A stretch of 63,738 nucleotides of DNA, counting the filler, from Octopus bimaculoides (taxonomy: Eukaryota), in assembly GCF_001194135.2 (NCBI RefSeq). It is 5 parts of 5 records of this genome, joined end to end, with 100 filler letters (N's around TTAATTAATTAA, not from the genome) between each part and the next. Parts side by side here need not be neighbours in the genome. Positions count along the whole stretch, not along the records: positions 1 to 15,090 come from NC_069005.1; positions 15,191 to 25,668 come from NW_026393498.1; 3 more parts are not named here. One strand, 5' to 3'. The notes below the pieces were generated by a model. It saw only the letters and a program-made list of their open reading frames with translations, was not told where the DNA came from and searched no databases. Every line of letters starts with the position of its first letter. Within the stretch, counting starts at the first letter, position 1. Positions 11,501 to 20,844 of this stretch are shown in pieces. The translations under genes were made by a program, and so were the position numbers.

Positions 11501-14500
11501 TTTCCTTTGATTATTGATGTTGTTGTTGCTGTTGTTTAGCTGAACAAGAAGATAATAACACATGAAGCTACCAAGATGCAGAATGAATCTGAACCCAGCA
11601 TGTTGAAAATCTGCAAGGATTCGAACAAGACAGTAATAAAATGTGAGTTTACTAATACTTGATTTGTTCTTTTGATCTTGTTGTTTTGCCAATGTTCAAA
11701 CTTAATTGAAAAAATATTTTATCCTTTAGCCAGGCAGGAAAACAGTGCTTTATGACCCATTACATGGCTTCCAAGATTAGCAGGAGGGAAGAAGAGAGAA
11801 ATTTATCCTTGTAGGTGCAAGTGTGAAGTAAGAACTATTTTTCCCAGTTGTATGGTTCATTTCAGTGCAAATGCGTGGTACGTTGGGCAAATGTTTTCTA
11901 CTATAGCCTCAGGCCAGCCGTGTGAGTGGATTTGGTTGGTGGAAGCTTAAATAAGCCGTCATGTGTGAACACACACACATATGTGTGTGTGTGGATGCAT
12001 GTGGAGGCAAATGACTTAGTGGTCAGGCTTTTGCACTCATGATCGTAGGTTGTTGTTTCAATTCCTGGATGGGTGATGCATTGTGTTTATTGGGCAAAAC
12101 ATTTCATCTCACATTACACCAGTCCACTCGGCTGGCAAAAGTCCAGCAATGGACCAGTGTCCCACAGAATCTGAGAAATTGGCTTCATGTGTTTGTCCCT
12201 ACCACATCGCTTTACAACTGGTGTTAGTTTGTTTACGTCTCCGAACTTTAGCAGTTCAGCAAAAGAGGCCGATGTGATAAGTGCCAAACTTAAAAAGTAT
12301 GTACTGGGGTCAATTTCGATTAAGCATGTCGAGATGGTGCCCCAGCATGGCCACAGTCCATCTGACTGAAACATGTATAAAGATAGAAGATAAAACAGAG
12401 ACCTTGCCCAAGTGCACTGATGAAAGCCATTCCAGCTGCGATCCTCCAGTTTTTTCATGGTGATTTAAGCCTTCCAATTTAAGATGATAGCCAGTAAGGT
12501 CTAGTGCCAGTAAGGTCTTGCACCAGTAAGGTCTAGTGCCAGTAAGGTCTTGCACCAGTAAGGTCTAGCGCCAGTAAGGTCTTGCACCAGTAAGGTCTAG
12601 CGCCAGTAAGGTCTTGCACCAGTAAGGTGTAGCGCCTGTAAGATTTAGCGCCAATAAGGTCTAGCGCCAGTAAGGTCTACATTGACTGACTCATTGACTC
12701 ACAAATTATGTATCTGACTGTGNNNNNNNNNNNNNNNNNNNNNNNNNNNNNNNNNNNNNNNNNNNNNNNNNNNNNNNNNNNNNNNNNNNNNNNNNNNNNN
12801 NNNNNNNNNNNNNNNNNNNNNNNNNNNNNNNNNNNNNNNNNNNNNNNNNNNNNNNNNNNNNNNNNNNNNNNNNNNNNNNNNNNNNNNNNNNNNNNNNNNN
12901 NNNNNNNNNNNNNNNNNNNNNNNNNNNNNNNNNNNNNNNNNNNNNNNNNNNNNNNNNNNNNNNNNNNNNNNNNNNNNNNNNNNNNNNNNNNNNNNNNNNN
13001 NNNNNNNNNNNNNNNNNNNNNNNNNNNNNNNNNNNNNNNNNNNNNNNNNNNNNNNNNNNNNNNNNNNNNNNNNNNNNNNNNNNNNNNNNNNNNNNNNNNN
13101 NNNNNNNNNNNNNNNNNNNNNNNNNNNNNNNNNNNNNNNNNNNNNNNNNNNNNNNNNNNNNNNNNNNNNNNNNNNNNNNNNNNNNNNNNNNNNNNNNNNN
13201 NNNNNNNNNNNNNNNNNNNNNNNNNNNNNNNNNNNNNNNNNNNNNNNNNNNNNNNNNNNNNNNNNNNNNNNNNNNNNNNNNNNNNNNNNNNNNNNNNNNN
13301 NNNNNNNNNNNNNNNNNNNNNNNNNNNNNNNNNNNNNNNNNNNNNNNNNNNNNNNNNNNNNNNNNNNNNNNNNNNNNNNNNNNNNNNNNNNNNNNNNNGT
13401 CTTGCACCAGTAAGGTCTAGCGCCAGTAAGGTCTAGCGCCAGTAAGGTCTTGCACCAGTAAGGTCTTACACCAGTAAGGTCTAGCGCCAGTAAGGTCTTG
13501 CACCAGTAAGGTCTAGCGCCAGTAAGGTCTTGCACCAGTAAGGTGTAGCGCCTGTAAGATTTAGCGCCAATAAGGTCTACATTGACTGACTCATTGACTC
13601 ACAAATTATGTATCTGACTGTGTAGCATTCTGTACTGTTCTGTGTAATTTCTGTATGAAGTTTTAATTTGAATGCAAAAATATGGTGAAGGGATATTTTG
13701 CATTTGTTTTTCTTAATTTATAATTATTTTCAAGATTCCTCAACATAATTTATTTTTATATATTTTTAGGTGGTTATTTATTTGAGTACTTGAGTTCCTG
13801 GGAAGACTGGGCTATGGGCCTGCTGCTACTGTTTATATCCTTGCTTATATTGTGCCTTTGCCTCATGTTTATCGTAAAGCTTCTACATTCCTTGTTGCGA
13901 GGAAGTATCGCCAAAGTTATTCGCAAACTTGTCAATCAAGACTTCCCTGGCACATGTTCCTTTGTCACTGGTTACCTGGCAATATTGATTGGCGCCGGCT
14001 TAACGATGTTGGTTCAGAGCAGTTCAATCTTCACGTCTTCTATAACGCCTCTAGTTGGTCTGGGTATTATCTCTATTGAGCGAATGTACCCACTGACTTT
14101 AGGTTCAAATATTGGAACCACAACAACAGGAATACTAGCGGCCATAGCACAGGACGACCACTTAAAAGAATCACTTCAAGTCGCTCTGTGTCATTTATTT
14201 TTCAACCTGACTGCAATTTTATTCTTCTATCCTGTACCATTTACACGCTTTCCTATTAACTTGGCCAAATTCTTAGGCAACACAACGGCAAAATACCGAT
14301 GGTTTGCAATAATGTATCTCATATTTATGTTCTTTGTGTTTCCAGCCATAGTTTTGGCCCTCTCCTTCACTTCTGTCATTGCTTTGATTGTGGTTCTCGT
14401 GCCGGTTATCCTTCTTGTTATTACCGTGGCCATTATCAAGACTCTGCAAGCCAAGAAACCACACTTACTTCCCAAAAAGCTCCAAAACTGGAAATTTCTG

Positions 14501-14614
14501 CCTGAATGGATGCGATCTCTGGCCCCTTATGACCGCGTGTTCAGGAAAATCTTTAGTATTTGCAAGAAGATAAGACATGCAAAAAGGGACAGTGTGGACT
14601 TAGGTAGAACTTAA
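2484..14614 (+). CDS. SLC34A2: SLC34 / NaPi-II sodium-dependent phosphate cotransporter (2B-like; co-orthologue of vertebrate SLC34A1-3), 5'-partial; join(2484..2522,4449..4484,4784..4838,6558..6689,7298..7441,8993..9184,10045..10163,11540..11642,13770..14614) = 1665 nt, 554 aa + stop
   Basis: All junctions are GT-AG with compatible phases (0,0,1,1,1,1,0,1). The product has the SLC34 hallmarks DPWALPE, two QSSS repeats ([22 protein letters not shown]), IMGANIGTS / [28 protein letters not shown] and LPKKLQNW. Confidence 0.96.
3244..3720 (-). mobile_element. Mariner (DD34D) transposase fragment, frameshifted, running into an N gap
   Basis: [23 protein letters not shown]..., [10 protein letters not shown] and [14 protein letters not shown] (the YSPDLAP-type motif). 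Confidence 0.9.
3725..3910 (-). mobile_element. Tx1/L1-type ORF1 fragment with a zinc knuckle (last Cys mutated to Tyr)
   Basis: [26 protein letters not shown] fits CX2CX4HX4C. Confidence 0.6.
4449..4484 (+). CDS. SLC34A2: SLC34 N-terminal micro-exon, 36 nt, phase 0-0 ([12 protein letters not shown])
   Basis: Pyrimidine tract + TTTAG acceptor (AG 4447-4448) and GTAAGT donor at 4485. In phase with the DPW exon. Confidence 0.65.
4561..4750 (+). mobile_element. tRNA-derived SINE family A, 5' part (internally deleted), in an SLC34 intron
   Basis: A box tggcccagtggtt and B box ggtttcgattccc; matches 21363-21745. Confidence 0.85.
4784..4838 (+). CDS. SLC34A2: SLC34 exon, 55 nt, phase 0-1 ([19 protein letters not shown])
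   Basis: AG at 4782-4783 and GT at 4839. Encodes the DPWxLPE motif typical of SLC34 N-termini; G|AA junction to 6558. Confidence 0.9.
5006..5220 (-). mobile_element. Decayed RTE-like LINE post-RT fragment
   Basis: [20 protein letters not shown] resembles the RTE DGxLDxEIxxRI...FG segment. Confidence 0.4.
5236..5359. mobile_element. 124-bp Tc1/mariner-type MITE with TA target duplication
   Basis: TA|CAGGGTGTCCACAAAGT ... ACTTTGTGGACACCCTG|TA; second copy at 42890-43170. Confidence 0.9.
5990..6210 (-). mobile_element. Interspersed repeat of the ggcgttaggaagggcatccagc family (RTE-UTR-like/SINE)
   Basis: Reverse-complement match to 9800-9875. Confidence 0.6.
6300..6460. repeat. Degenerate CCCTAA/CCTAAA telomere-like hexamer tract with an internal duplication
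   Basis: ctaaccctaaacctaccc occurs near 6305 and a variant (ctaacacctaaacctaccc) near 6386. Confidence 0.5.
6558..6689 (+). CDS. SLC34A2: SLC34 exon (EMTKKEK...[17 protein letters not shown]), first TM segment
   Basis: TTTGCAG acceptor and GTAAGT donor at 6690. Resembles the vertebrate LYFFVCSLDILSSAFQLVGG segment. Confidence 0.95.
7298..7441 (+). CDS. SLC34A2: SLC34 exon (GRTAGQIF...[34 protein letters not shown]), repeat-1 QSSS
   Basis: TTCCCAG acceptor, GTAAGT donor at 7442, QSSS motif. Confidence 0.97.
7544..8182. mobile_element. Non-autonomous DNA transposon with perfect 28-bp TIRs and internal CCCTAA repeats, in an SLC34 intron
   Basis: GGATCTATTTTAAAACGGGGGCACCAGT at 7544 and its reverse complement ending at 8182. 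Confidence 0.85.
8255..8415 (+). mobile_element. Penelope-like terminal repeat fragment
   Basis: Matches 1070-1245 and 53320-53455. Confidence 0.6.
8291..8325 (+). ncRNA. Core-damaged copy of the same minimal hammerhead, sense strand in an SLC34 intron
   Basis: UCUUU-GUGGAA-GAGC-GUA-GCUC-GAAACGUU-AAAGA; the CU at the start of the core is missing. Confidence 0.4.
8615..8880. repeat. ~26-30-bp minisatellite (AATCTGTCTGTCTCTCTCGTTCAATCAATC)
   Basis: Directly visible tandem units with a 10-N gap. Confidence 0.9.
8993..9184 (+). CDS. SLC34A2: SLC34 exon ([23 protein letters not shown]...[30 protein letters not shown])
   Basis: CCTAG acceptor (8991-8992), GT donor at 9185, GANIGT and AFAGATxHD motifs. 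Confidence 0.97.
9545..9880 (+). mobile_element. Interspersed repeat with ~70-bp tandem subunits (palindromic GTGCCGGTGGCAC), ending in ggcgttaggaagggcatccagctgtagaaa
   Basis: Subunits visible; related to 5990-6210. Confidence 0.7.
10045..10163 (+). CDS. SLC34A2: SLC34 exon ([40 protein letters not shown])
   Basis: TTTTTCAAG acceptor and GTAGAT donor at 10164. LLKxITKPFTK is conserved in SLC34. Confidence 0.93.
10598..10972 (+). mobile_element. tRNA-derived SINE family B, full length, with an internal AT/GT microsatellite
   Basis: Head gctgtgtagtaagtaacttgc...gggttcagtccc, body gcaccttgggcaagtgtctt, tail cagcatggccgcagtcaaatgactgaaacaagtaaaaga. Confidence 0.9.
11121..11480 (-). mobile_element. 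SINE family B, full length, inverted relative to 10598-10972
   Basis: Reverse complement of the family B consensus along its whole length. Confidence 0.9.
11540..11642 (+). CDS. SLC34A2: SLC34 exon, large extracellular loop ([35 protein letters not shown]); absent from the ORF track
   Basis: TTTAG acceptor (11538-11539) and GTGAGT donor at 11643. The 103-nt length bridges phase 0 to phase 1 exactly; carries N-glycosylation sequons NES and NKT plus a Cys. Confidence 0.88.
11830..12390 (+). mobile_element. Degraded SINE family B halves interrupted by another tRNA-SINE (~12000-12180)
   Basis: 5' half at 11830-11960; B-box-like gtttcaattcctgg at ~12055; 3' half at 12230-12390. Confidence 0.55.
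12490..13580. repeat. 16-bp minisatellite CCAGTAAGGTCT(AGCG/TGCA) with alternating variants, spanning the gap at 12723-13398
   Basis: Units visible at 12490-12680 and 13399-13580. Confidence 0.9.
13770..14614 (+). CDS. SLC34A2: SLC34 terminal coding exon, 845 nt ([17 protein letters not shown]...DSVDLGRT*)
   Basis: TTTTTAG acceptor (13768-13769), uninterrupted ORF with the second QSSS repeat and GSNIGT, stop TAA at 14612-14614. Confidence 0.97.
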
Positions 14615-14618
14615 TAAA
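14613..14618 (+). terminator. Candidate AATAAA polyadenylation signal overlapping the SLC34 stop codon
   Basis: Sequence ...ACT TAA TAA ACT; followed by GT-rich microsatellite. No transcript evidence. Confidence 0.3.
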
Positions 14619-14794
14619 CTTCATAAACCTACACAATAATGTGTGTGTGTGTGTATGCATGCACACATATAAGTGTGTGTGTATGTGTGTCTATATAAAA
14701 ATGTCTATATATGTTCATATATGAATGTACATATAATATAATGTATATATGTGGATGTAGATACGTGTGTGTGTGTGTGTATATATGTATGTGT

Positions 14795-14935
14795 AAACGA
14801 CACGCAAAGGTACATGGAGCCCAATTACAACAACAGCCAGCTATTGCCAGTAAAGGTTTTGGATGCCAACTCTGTGCAAGACATTGTAGATCTTTGGCTG
14901 GGCTAAAAAGTCACATTCGATCACAGTACCGTTAA
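14795..14935 (+). mobile_element. RTE-type LINE 3' end with a terminal C2H2-like finger
   Basis: FGCQLCARHCRSLAGLKSHIRSQ* resembles RTE C-terminal CxxC...GLxSHxR ends. Confidence 0.55.
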
Positions 14936-17099
14936 GTTAAGCTTCTTCGTGCAATGGCCATACTCGATAACGAGGGGGCAGCCATCATGTGTATATATAT
15001 GTATATATGTATGTGTGTAAATGTGTGTGTGCAATTTTCTGTGTATGGTTAGAATGAATTTTTATTGCATTTTTATTTTTAATATATATANNNNNNNNNN
15101 NNNNNNNNNNNNNNNNNNNNNNNNNNNNNNNNNNTTAATTAATTAANNNNNNNNNNNNNNNNNNNNNNNNNNNNNNNNNNNNNNNNNNNNTATATGTATA
15201 TGTATATATATATATATGTATATATATGTGTGTATATATACCCACACACACACATACACATATATACGTGTGTGTTCATCTATGTGTGTATATATACATA
15301 TATCTATATATAGATAGTAATAGATAAATACATACATACATGTGCACCAACAAACATAAAATATTGTATACATGCAGAAAATATGATATAATACGTATAC
15401 ATACCGTTTAATGTATGTATATGCCTCTAAGCGTACATTACCTTACTATGTATACAGATACTCGTGTACATATAAATGCGATCACACGTGTAATTCTCAG
15501 TAACAGGCGTACAGACACCCAGTTAGGCAGGCAAGCAGGCAGGCGGGCAGGCAGGCGGGCAGGCAGCCGATATACGTAGGTCGGAAGATAGAAAGCCAAA
15601 TAGGTATGTAGGTAGGTAACTAGGTTGGTAGGTAGGTAGGTAAATTAGGTGGGTGGTACTTCCCCCTCCCCATTCCTTCCTTCCTTCCTTCCTTCCAAAC
15701 ATTCACCCACCCCTTTTCCTTCCCCTGCCCCCCCAAAAGTAAGCCAGCCATCCTCTCGACTTCGTAATCCTCCCCATATCTTAACGTGACGTACCTCTCT
15801 TCTTCGGCTTCGCCATTCGCCACCCTACCCAANNNNNNNNNNNNNNNNNNNNNNNNNNNNNNNNNNNNNNNNNNNNNNNNNNNNNNNNNNNNNNNNNNNN
15901 NNNNNNNNNNNNNNNNNNNNNNNNNNNNNNNNNNNNNNNNNNNNNNNNNNNNNNNNNNNNNNNNNNNNNNNNNNNNNNNNNNNNNNNNNNNNNNNNNNNN
16001 NNNNNNNNNNNNNNNNNNNNNNNNNNNNNNNNNNNNNNNNNNNNNNNNNNNNNNNNNNNNNNNNNNNNNNNNNNNNNNNNNNNNNNNNNNNNNNNNNNNN
16101 NNNNNNNNNNNNNNNNNNNNNNNNNNNNNNNNNNNNNNNNNNNNNNNNNNNNNNNNNNNNNNNNNNNNNNNNNNNNNNNNNNNNNNNNNNNNNNNNNNNN
16201 NNNNNNNNNNNNNNNNNNNNNNNNNNNNNNNNNNNNNNNNNNNNNNNNNNNNNNNNNNNNNNNNNNNNNNNNNNNNNNNNNNNNNNNNNNNNNNNNNNNN
16301 NNNNNNNNNNNNNNNNNNNNNNNNNNNNNNNNNNNNNNNNNNNNNNNNNNNNNNNNNNNNNNNNNNNNNNNNNNNNNNNNNNNNNNNNNNNNNNNNNNNN
16401 NNNNNNNNNNNNNNNNNNNNNNNNNNNNNNNNNNNNNNNNNNNNNNNNNNNNNNNNNNNNNNNNNNNNNNNNNNNNNNNNNNNNNNNNNNNNNNNNNNNN
16501 NNNNNNNNNNNNNNNNNNNNNNNNNNNNNNNNNNNNNNNNNNNNNNNNNNNNNNNNNNNNNNNNNNNNNNNNNNNNNNNNNNNNNNNNNNNNNNNNNNNN
16601 NNNNNNNNNNNNNNNNNNNNNNNNNNNNNNNNNNNNNNNNNNNNNNNNNNNNNNNNNNNNNNNNNNNNNNNNNNNNNNNNNNNNNNNNNNNGACGGCCGT
16701 CGCCGTCGTGGCTGTTTCTATTGTCAAAATATTACTGGTGTTGGCGATGGTGTTATTGAAGGTGACGGAGCTATTGATGGTGGTGGTGGTGGTGGTGGTG
16801 GTTGGTAGTGGTAGAAGTGGCAGTGGCGGGGGCATTGAAGGTGGTGAAGTTACTTGATAGAGGCAGCGGCGGTGGCAGTAGGGGTGGCGGTGACTGGCGA
16901 TGAAGATGTTGATGGCAGTGTTGATACACGGAGTAGGATAATGGTGTTTTTGTCGATGCTTCATTCATTTATTTATTTATTTATTTATTTATTTACCTAA
17001 TGTATCAGTAGCAATATAAGTGATGATGGTGGTGGTGATGGGCATAGCTGTGGCGCCAGTGAAAGTAGGAGTTCGTTATGGCAATAGTAGAGTACGCAG

Positions 17100-19400
17100 T
17101 AGGTTATGAAGAAAAGAGCGAAGAAAGGACACATCAAAATAGAGAAAGTGAGTGTAAGTGGAGTGTTGACTAAAGCTAGAACGTAAAAGATTAATATGCG
17201 GAGGAGGAGAAAGTGAGAGGGGGAGTAAGGAGAGAGAGAAATAGAGAGAGAATGTGAAAGGAGAGAGAAACGGATACACAGACCGACTGAGAGTTAGACA
17301 GAGACCGAGGTTGAGAAGAAGAAGAGGAGGAGGAGAGAAACGATGGAAAAAATAAACGTGGAAAATTGGAATGACAATGAGAGAGAACGTGAGGAGAAAT
17401 ATAGACGTGAAAAGTGGGTGAATATAGAATTGAGGAGGGAGATGAATGAGAAAGATAGGGAGAGAAAGTAGGTAGAGTAAGTAGGTCGAGTATGTGGGAA
17501 AAGAGGGAGAGAGAGAGATGAAGAGAAAGCATGTTTGGTGTGAGTGAAGCAAAACAGAGTGATTGGAGAATGAGAGGAGAATTGATGAAGAGAAAATAAG
17601 TTAGATTGATTGAAATGTGTTGAGTGATGTTTGGAACGAGAGATGTAATATAGAAAACATGAAGGTGACTGATTTGACCTGGAGAAGTGAGTGATTGAGT
17701 GAGTGAGGGGGCGAGTGAGAGAGAGAGAGAAGCAACAGAAAGAAAGAGAAAAGAAGGAAATGTAAAAAAAAAAAAAAGAAAGAAAAAAGAATGTATAGAA
17801 TGATCGAAATAAAGAAATGAGAAAGAAAGATGAAAAGAATGAACAGACGATAGAAGAAAAGAATGAACAGACGATAGAAGAAAAGAAAGAAGAGGATATC
17901 GAAAGAAATGGACGAAAGAAAGAATAGAGGGGGGAAATAAGAGAAAAAGATGAAGAAAAGACAGTAAGAAAAGAAAAGAAACAAAATGAAAAAATGATAG
18001 GAAGATAGCAGAAGAGAGTACGATACGATATATGAATCATACTTAAGAAAAAAAAATATGTAAGAAAAACACAGAAAGAAAGAAGAGAAAGTAACCAAGT
18101 TTCTTTGAGTAAAAGATCCTCTTTCTCGTTCTCTTCTCCTTGTCTTATAGTAAGTAGTACCGTGTGTACTAGTTAGTATAAATGAAGAAAGTTACCAAAA
18201 CTACATTATACGAAAAGCTGAAGTTTTCTTATCGGGACAGACAGACAGAAGCAGCCAGTGATTAGAGATAGAAGAAGTGTGAGAGCAGAAGTGGATGGGA
18301 AGTGCTGGAAAGCGCCATGAGAGCTGAAAAGGCAAGTAAAAACCAAGCGAGAAGCAGACGACATAGAACTTAAGAAAAGTTTGAATATATTATTATAGAT
18401 ATACGTTATTAGTACGTGAAAGAAGATGCTTCACTGGTGTCATATTGCATATACATATCGCTGCCTTTTTTTTTCTTACTAAACTACTTATAATCTCTCT
18501 TTCTTTTTCTCTGGCTTTATCTTTCTTTCTTTCATTTCGTTCTTTTTTCTGTCTTCCTTTCTTTCTTTCCCCCTCTTTCTCTCTTTTCATTGTTTCTTTC
18601 CTCCTTTCTCTTTTTGTTTTTTCTTTCTGTATATTTTTTACATCTCCATACCACCAATCACCACTATCGCCAACCGTTTCTTCTTCTTCTTCTTCTTCTT
18701 CTTCTTCTTTTTCATTTTCTTCTTTTTCATTTTCATCTTCTTCCACTTCTTTTTCCTTTTCTTCTTTTTCATTTCTTCTTTATCATTTTCTTCTTCTAGT
18801 CGTTGTTACTGTGTTCTCCTCCTCCTCCTCCCACCACCACCACCACCACCACTACTACTACTACTACTAATTAATTCTTCTACTTCTAATTCTTCGTCAT
18901 CTAACACCAACCACCACCGCCACCGCCACCACTTGCCATTACACCCCACCATCATCATTATCATTATCGCTTCCAAGAACAGTTGTGTGTCTGTTGTTTT
19001 CTTTTACTTTTGGCACCATTCTTTTACACGCATTATTTCTCCAGTTCTCTCCTTCTTTCATTCTTTCAGTTTTTCTCTTTCTTTCTTTCATTCTTTCTGC
19101 CTTCTTCCATCGGTTACGTTCCCGTTTTATTTATATATTATTCATTTAGTGTCGTTTTAATGTCCGACGCTTTTCTGTTTCCATCAATATCATTGTTTTT
19201 TTGCTTTCTTTTATTTTCTCTGCCGTTCTAGTCTATCGTTCAACATTTCTTTCTTTCTTCCTTCCTATCATTTTTTTCTTTTCTTGTCTTTTCTCTTTCT
19301 CATTATTTCTTTCAACATTTTCTCTACATTTTTCTTTTCATTTACAGTTTTTCCCTATTTTCTTCTTTTCTACCATTCGATTTTCCTTCCTTCTTTATCT
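17100..19400. repeat. Low-complexity purine tract (17100-18100) followed by a pyrimidine tract (18450-19400)
   Basis: Base composition visible directly. Confidence 0.85.
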
Positions 19401-19616
19401 ACTCTTTTACTCTTTTACTTGTTTCAGTCATTCACCTGATGCCATGCTGGGGCACCGCCTTTAGTAGAGCGAATCGACCCCAGGACTTATTCTTTGGAAG
19501 CCTAGTACTTATTCTATCAGACTCTATTGCCCAACCGCTAGGTTACGGGGACGTAAACACACCAGCATCGGTTGTCAAGCGATTTTGGGGGGACAAACAC
19601 AGACACACAAACATAT

Positions 19617-19652
<36 letters not shown>

Positions 19653-19795
19653 ATATATACGACGGGCTTCTTTCAGTTTCCGTCTACCAAATCCACTCAC
19701 AAGGCTTTGGTCGGCCCGAGGTGCCACGCAGTGGGACTGAACCCAGAACCATGTGGTTGGCAAGCAAGCTACTTACCACACAGCCACTCCTACGC
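19401..19795 (-). mobile_element. SINE family B, near full length
   Basis: Matches 11121-11480. Confidence 0.9.
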
Positions 19796-19859
19796 TTCTT
19801 TTTTTATTTTTATTTTTACTTCTATGTTTCTATATCGTCTGCTCTTTCATTCTTGCTCA

Positions 19860-19916
<57 letters not shown>

Positions 19917-20659
19917 ACTCCTAACCTNNNNNNNNNNNNNNNNNNNNNNNNNNNNNNNNNNNNNNNNNNNNNNNNNNNNNNNNNNNNNNNNNNNNNNNNN
20001 NNNNNNNNNNNNNNNNNNNNNNNNNNNNNNNNNNNNNNNNNNNNNNNNNNNNNNNNNNNNNNNNNNNNNNNNNNNNNNNNNNNNNNNNNNNNNNNNNNNN
20101 NNNNNNNNNNNNNNNNNNNNNNNNNNNNNNNNNNNNNNNNNNNNNNNNNNNNNNNNNNNNNNNNNNNNNNNNNNNNNNNNNNNNNNNNNNNNNNNNNNNN
20201 NNNNNNNNNNNNNNNNNNNNNNNNNNNNNNNNNNNNNNNNNNNNNNNNNNNNNNNNNNNNNNNNNNNNNNNNNNNNNNNNNNNNNNNNNNNNNNNNNNNN
20301 NNNNNNNNNNNNNNNNNNNNNNNNNNNNNNNNNNNNNNNNNNNNNNNNNNNNNNNNNNNNNNNNNNNNNNNNNNNNNNNNNNNNNNNNNNNNNNNNNNNN
20401 NNNNNNNNNNNNNNNNNNNNNNNNNNNNNNNNNNNNNNNNNNNNNNNNNNNNNNNNNNNNNNNNNNNNNNNNNNNNNNNNNNNNNNNNNNNNNNNNNNNN
20501 NNNNNNNNNNNNNNNNNNNNNNNNNNNNNNNNNNNNNNNNNNNNNNNNNNNNNNNNNNNNNNNNNNNNNNNNNNNNNNNNNNNNNNNNNNNNNNNNNNNN
20601 NNNNNNNNNNNNNNNNNNNNNNNNNNNNNNNNNNNNNNNNNNNNNNNNNNNNNNNNNNN

Positions 20660-20840
20660 ATATATATATATATATACGACAGGCTTCTTTCAGTTACCAT
20701 CTACCAAATCTACTCACAAGGCTTTGGTTGGCCCGAGGCTATAGTAGAAGACACTTGCCTAAGGTGCCACGCAGTGGGAATGAACCGGGAACCATGTGGT
20801 TGGTAAGCAAGCTACTTACCACATAGCCACTCCTGCGCCT
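20660..20840 (-). mobile_element. SINE family B, 5' half (remainder in gap)
   Basis: Ends acatagccactcctgcgcct. Confidence 0.85.
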
Positions 20841-20844
20841 TGTA

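Noticed and set aside
12490-12680. CRISPR-like appearance of the 16-bp and ~70-bp (9545-9830) arrays
   Set aside because: No unique spacers and no cas genes; eukaryotic minisatellite or interspersed-repeat subunits.
15091-15190. TTAATTAATTAA between 44-N runs, repeated at 25713, 41648 and 59795
   Set aside because: Identical 100-bp construct with stops in all six frames: an artificial scaffold-joining spacer, not biology.
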